IMG/VR virus record: IMGVR_UViG_3300037882_000065
Coordinates: 1 to 15,267 of that record
Source of the DNA: a virus
Length of the DNA stretch: 15,267 nucleotides
Reading direction: 5' to 3' (one strand)
The notes beneath the pieces were generated by a model. It worked only from the letters and a program-made list of their open reading frames with translations, had not been told where the DNA came from and made no database searches. The translations under genes were made by a program, and so were the position numbers. This document shows, in pieces, positions 12,045-15,267 of the stretch (position 1 is the first letter of the stretch; each line of letters starts with the position of its first letter).

Positions 12045-13607
12045 TTAGGCTACGCTCAACTTACGGAACGCTGCTGGGTAACGGTTTACTACGCAAACAT
12101 ATCCGTATAGACCGATTTCAACCTGACCGTTTGCAACTACGTTTGCACGTAGTTCGATGCGGTTGCTCTCATGGAAGCGCATTGCGTTTGATGGGTAAAC
12201 CAAAGCATGCTTTGCGCCTGCATTGTCACCTGTGTAGTTAGCATCTACAACAAGACCAAGTCCTGCGACTGTTCCTGCTGTTGATCCTTGTGAGATCAAA
12301 CCGTTAGCGTTTGATGGAGCTGCTGCTGCGAACAGCGGACGACCTGAGCCATCAACTGCACCAAGTAGTCCAGCGAAATCGATGTCATCCTCTCCGCCTG
12401 TGTTTGCAACAAGCAGACGGTTTGGTGTTGAACGCATTACGCCGTAAGCGTCTGCAATTCCGTCAGCAATAGCCTTGTAAATTGTTGATCCTGATGATCC
12501 TGCTGCTGCTTCTGCTGCAATCTGAGCTGCGTATGCATCTGTCTTGATTGCGTAGGATTCAGCTAACTCGCGCAAATACAGGTCTAAAAATCCTGGGTCG
12601 CTGCGATCGAGCAACTCGACGTCCAGAATTCCGGCCCCCGCAAACTTGACTACAGTATCCTCTTGAAACGTGACTGTAGTGTCTGTTGATGAGAACTCTG
12701 CGCCCTCTGCTGTTACTGCAACTGTTGCCTTGGTTCCCAATTTTGGAGTGAAAACCTTCATTCCAGAAACAGGAAGCGCTGCTGTTTCGATTGAATCGAT
12801 AAATGGACGTGAGTTATCAATGATGCCGATAACATCCTTTAGGTAGTTAGGTGGAACCATACCTGTGTTTTCTGCAACTGTTGCAACCTGTAGAGCTGCA
12901 ACTAGATCGCGAGCATCTGCGTCACCGCGTGTTGCTTGGATCTGTGCCATTGCGTATTGTCCTGCTGTAACATCTAGGTTTACGCGAGGATTTGTGTAAA
13001 AGACTGGACGTGTTGTCGCAGCTGTTACTTCTGACTTTGCAGCTTCAACCGTCTCGGTTGATACTGCTTCTGAAACGGTTTCTGACACTAGGTCATCTCC
13101 TTCGGTCTTAGGTTCCTCGATCTGAGGTTCCTGGGTTGATTCGGATGCAGCTGTTCCTTGTGTTTCGGTTGCTGCAACCTTTTCCACTTCCGCACCTGGG
13201 ATTGCTCCCTCAGTAACGAGTGAAACTTCGATTAGTTGTGATGCGCTAATAGCCATAACGCCGTCCTTGTTGTCCCAAGCATTTACCTTGACACCAACGC
13301 TAAAATCTGAGCGCAAACCTGTTGCAGCTTCTTCTAATGCGTCATTGCCAGCAGTTGTCTTAGCGATCTTGAATGAAGCAGTGATGCCTGTTTCATCCTG
13401 TGACCACTCCATCAACTTGCCGATTGGCTTTGTCATTTCATGCTCTAGGACTAACTTTGTATTCTTGTTAAAAGTAATTGAGTTAGGCAAGAAAACAGTT
13501 GAACCAGCAGAAGTATTGCCGACTGAATCCCATTGAACGATGCGACCGGCAATGATGCGTGATTCTGCATCGCTTGCTGTAATTGTTACTGGCATTGTTA
13601 TCTTCAT
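12045..13607 (-). CDS. Fusion protein: HK97-type prohead protease (S78-like) + acidic linker + HK97-fold major capsid protein (520 aa)
   Basis: Residues 1 to about 140 read ...RIIAGRIVQWDS...LVLEHEMTKPIGKL...GLRSDFSVGVKV, with His and Ser in the expected protease context. Residues about 140-200 form a Glu/Thr-rich linker. Residues about 200-520 are capsid-like (ends ...LYGYVCVVNRYPAAFRKLSVA). No separate protease, scaffold or capsid gene exists. ATGA overlap with the portal gene. Confidence 0.8.
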   Translation of the reverse strand: MKITMPVTITASDAESRIIAGRIVQWDSVGNTSAGSTVFLPNSITFNKNTKLVLEHEMTKPIGKLMEWSQDETGITASFKIAKTTAGNDALEEAATGLRSDFSVGVKVNAWDNKDGVMAISASQLIEVSLVTEGAIPGAEVEKVAATETQGTAASESTQEPQIEEPKTEGDDLVSETVSEAVSTETVEAAKSEVTAATTRPVFYTNPRVNLDVTAGQYAMAQIQATRGDADARDLVAALQVATVAENTGMVPPNYLKDVIGIIDNSRPFIDSIETAALPVSGMKVFTPKLGTKATVAVTAEGAEFSSTDTTVTFQEDTVVKFAGAGILDVELLDRSDPGFLDLYLRELAESYAIKTDAYAAQIAAEAAAGSSGSTIYKAIADGIADAYGVMRSTPNRLLVANTGGEDDIDFAGLLGAVDGSGRPLFAAAAPSNANGLISQGSTAGTVAGLGLVVDANYTGDNAGAKHALVYPSNAMRFHESNRIELRANVVANGQVEIGLYGYVCVVNRYPAAFRKLSVA

Positions 13608-14722
13608 CGTGTCTCCTCATTGTGGATTAGATCTTCTTCTTCTTGGATCTGCTCAATGCTCATTGCACCAATGCGATTTAAGATTTCATAAACTTGTGCT
13701 CGCTGTAATGGATCTCCACGCAAGAAGTCATCTAACGAGAAGCGAACTTCTGTAGTGCTAGATACAAAGTCAGGCATAGATAATCTTTGTTCGATTGCCG
13801 TAAGAACATATTTCATAGAGAAATCGATAAGGGCTTTACGCTCCGAAATAGCGTTGCTGTATGTCATGCTTGTAGTTTCAGCACTTACAAAGTATGCAGG
13901 AAGGTTGCAGGCGCGAGCCAATTCGAGCGCGACATATTGACGAGCTTCATTCAGCTGTAGTTTTGCGGGGTCGATGCCCAGCGCCTGCAATTCGACATCT
14001 GCATTGAGAAACGCAGTTGACTTATTTAGTCTTGCTGTTCGCCATGATTCTAGAAGTTTTGCAATACGCTCTGCTGGAAGGTTTGTACCGTTTGACTTTA
14101 AGACTTGAAGAGGAACTGGCTCTTTAGCAAACGCCTCAGCTGCCTGTTCAAGCGCATGCGCCGCCCGGATAGTGCGACCTGCTCGATTAAGTAAACCTTC
14201 ATCTAATCCGTAAAACACAACGAGCGAACCTACGCCTTGATTTGGAACTATTGAACCGTCTACCTGATAGCCAACGATTTCAGTTTGTAAATTATTTAGT
14301 TTAGGTGTAACGCGATCTGGTGCAACGCGAGTCCAATGACGAACTCTACCTGTGTCACCATATTGTTCTAAGACTTGACCATAACCGAAACCATGTAGCC
14401 AGATATCTTCTGCAAGCCATGCATAAATTGCTGAACCGGGAACTCGTGGATCTGGTTGATTGATAACTGCCGGTGCTGCAACATGTGAGCCATTTAGTTT
14501 TGAATAAACTTCTAAAGGTAACCCTGCAAGCGTTGAGCAGATAATGTTACGAGCTCTTGCAATTGTTGGAATAGCCATAGCCTGACCGCGTGTTGCAGTA
14601 GATGGCGTAAAAGTAAAAGGATTAAAAGAAGAAGTATTATTAAACGGAGCAGGTGTAGAAGCTGCATCAACTGTAATTTCAGGAGCAGCAGTTACAGGCA
14701 GAAAAAACTCTTTGATTCCCAT
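13604..14722 (-). CDS. Portal protein (HK97-type, 372 aa)
   Basis: Lies directly downstream of terL. AIPTIARARNIICSTLAGLPLEVY...INQPDP...WLHGFGYGQV...ARACNLPAYFVSAE...MTYSNAISERKAL follows the HK97-family portal pattern. Confidence 0.85.
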   Translation of the reverse strand: MGIKEFFLPVTAAPEITVDAASTPAPFNNTSSFNPFTFTPSTATRGQAMAIPTIARARNIICSTLAGLPLEVYSKLNGSHVAAPAVINQPDPRVPGSAIYAWLAEDIWLHGFGYGQVLEQYGDTGRVRHWTRVAPDRVTPKLNNLQTEIVGYQVDGSIVPNQGVGSLVVFYGLDEGLLNRAGRTIRAAHALEQAAEAFAKEPVPLQVLKSNGTNLPAERIAKLLESWRTARLNKSTAFLNADVELQALGIDPAKLQLNEARQYVALELARACNLPAYFVSAETTSMTYSNAISERKALIDFSMKYVLTAIEQRLSMPDFVSSTTEVRFSLDDFLRGDPLQRAQVYEILNRIGAMSIEQIQEEEDLIHNEETR

Positions 14723-14749
14723 TGGACATATTATACACTATTTGTCCAA
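14722..14749 (-). promoter_or_regulatory. 7-bp perfect inverted repeat (TTGGACA/TGTCCAA) bracketing a TATAAT hexamer just before the portal ATG
   Basis: The minus strand reads CTTGGACAAATAGTGTATAATATGTCCAATGGGA. TATAAT (14735-14730) ends 7 nt before the portal ATG (14722). No Shine-Dalgarno sequence is visible for the portal gene. Confidence 0.25.
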
Positions 14750-14759
14750 GTTTTAGACA

Positions 14760-15267
14760 CTATCCTATCAAAATGTCAACTTCTGTCTCTGCGCGTGTCG
14801 CAAAGTGTGTAACCATGGCTGCGCCTACTGCGCCACAGATAATCCCAGATGCTTTGCGACCCATAACCCATCCGCCATCGCCTCGCTGTAGTTTGACGGC
14901 CGATAGGACTTGCTTATCTAATTCCTCTTGGCCTTCATGGATAATTCGACCACTAGAAACGGCTGAGACGAACTCATCGCAGCTTTGTTGATAATCCTGA
15001 GAGTTGATCTCGTAAACAGGAATGCCTGCTGGCGCTAATCGAGCTGCAACTGCCCCTGCCGTCGATTTTGAATAAGCCACATAATTAACAGGAAACTTTC
15101 GAACCCATGGAGCAATATCGTTTGCCATTTGTTTGTCATCGATCGATACTGGGTTAAACCAAGTCTGTAAAAGTGCCACCATGAACTTATCGCCGTCGAT
15201 ACGTTGGCCAGCAACAAGACTTGCGTGTTTTCTGTCCGGACTTAAATCGATAGCCATCCAAGTATCC
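14760..15267 (-). CDS. terL: Terminase large subunit, C-terminal nuclease part (joins 1-1058 across the circular junction; 15169-15267 duplicates 1-99)
   Basis: The track ORF 14760-15257 begins at an internal Met (MAIDLSPDRK...), but the frame stays open to the window end and is continuous with the ORF at 1-1058. WMAIDLSPD is the usual first acidic motif of the RNaseH-like terminase nuclease. Confidence 0.9.
   Translation of the reverse strand, partial: DTWMAIDLSPDRKHASLVAGQRIDGDKFMVALLQTWFNPVSIDDKQMANDIAPWVRKFPVNYVAYSKSTAGAVAARLAPAGIPVYEINSQDYQQSCDEFVSAVSSGRIIHEGQEELDKQVLSAVKLQRGDGGWVMGRKASGIICGAVGAAMVTHFATRAETEVDILIG
15169..15267. repeat. Terminal overlap copy 2 (identical to 1-99)
   Basis: See the feature at 1-99. 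Confidence 0.9.

Noticed and set aside
1-15267. tRNA genes, CRISPR arrays, integrase/attP, lysogeny repressor, toxin-antitoxin or known defence/anti-defence cassettes
   Set aside because: Every stretch longer than about 60 bp is occupied by the minus-strand genes listed. I saw no repeat-spacer pattern, no cloverleaf-compatible non-coding segment, and no tyrosine or serine recombinase motifs.

Overview
The window is one complete, circularly closing dsDNA phage genome of about 15,168 bp plus a 99-bp assembly overlap (1-99 is identical to 15169-15267). It is a very small siphovirus-type phage with an HK97-fold capsid and a long non-contractile tail module. All roughly 30 genes I can support are on the minus strand. 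They are tightly packed, and many junctions are ATGA/TAATG stop-start overlaps. Gene order in the direction of transcription (descending coordinates, wrapping at the window ends) is as follows. Packaging and head: signal-anchored lytic transglycosylase, HNH endonuclease, terminase large subunit (split by the window origin and absent from the ORF track), portal, prohead protease fused to major capsid protein, hairpin. Neck and tail: head-tail adaptor, tail-terminator-like protein, major tail protein, tail assembly chaperone with a candidate -1 frameshift, HK97 gp10-like neck protein, 444-aa tape measure, Dit-like protein, three small tail-tip/fibre proteins. Lysis: putative endolysin and two holin-like proteins. 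Early module: acidic 74-aa protein, metallophosphoesterase, 53-aa membrane protein, DUF6378-like protein, Rad52-like annealing protein, Zn-ribbon protein, Hjc-like resolvase, FmdB Zn-ribbon protein, second HNH. I see no small terminase, DNA polymerase, primase, helicase, integrase, repressor, tRNA or CRISPR. The main points to follow up are the minimal gene set, three perfect DnaA-box 9-mers (TTATCCACA) sitting at the two module boundaries, the protease-capsid fusion, the chaperone frameshift, and three small genes and the TerL 5' part that the ORF track misses. All family assignments come from motif recognition by eye and need HMM or structure confirmation.
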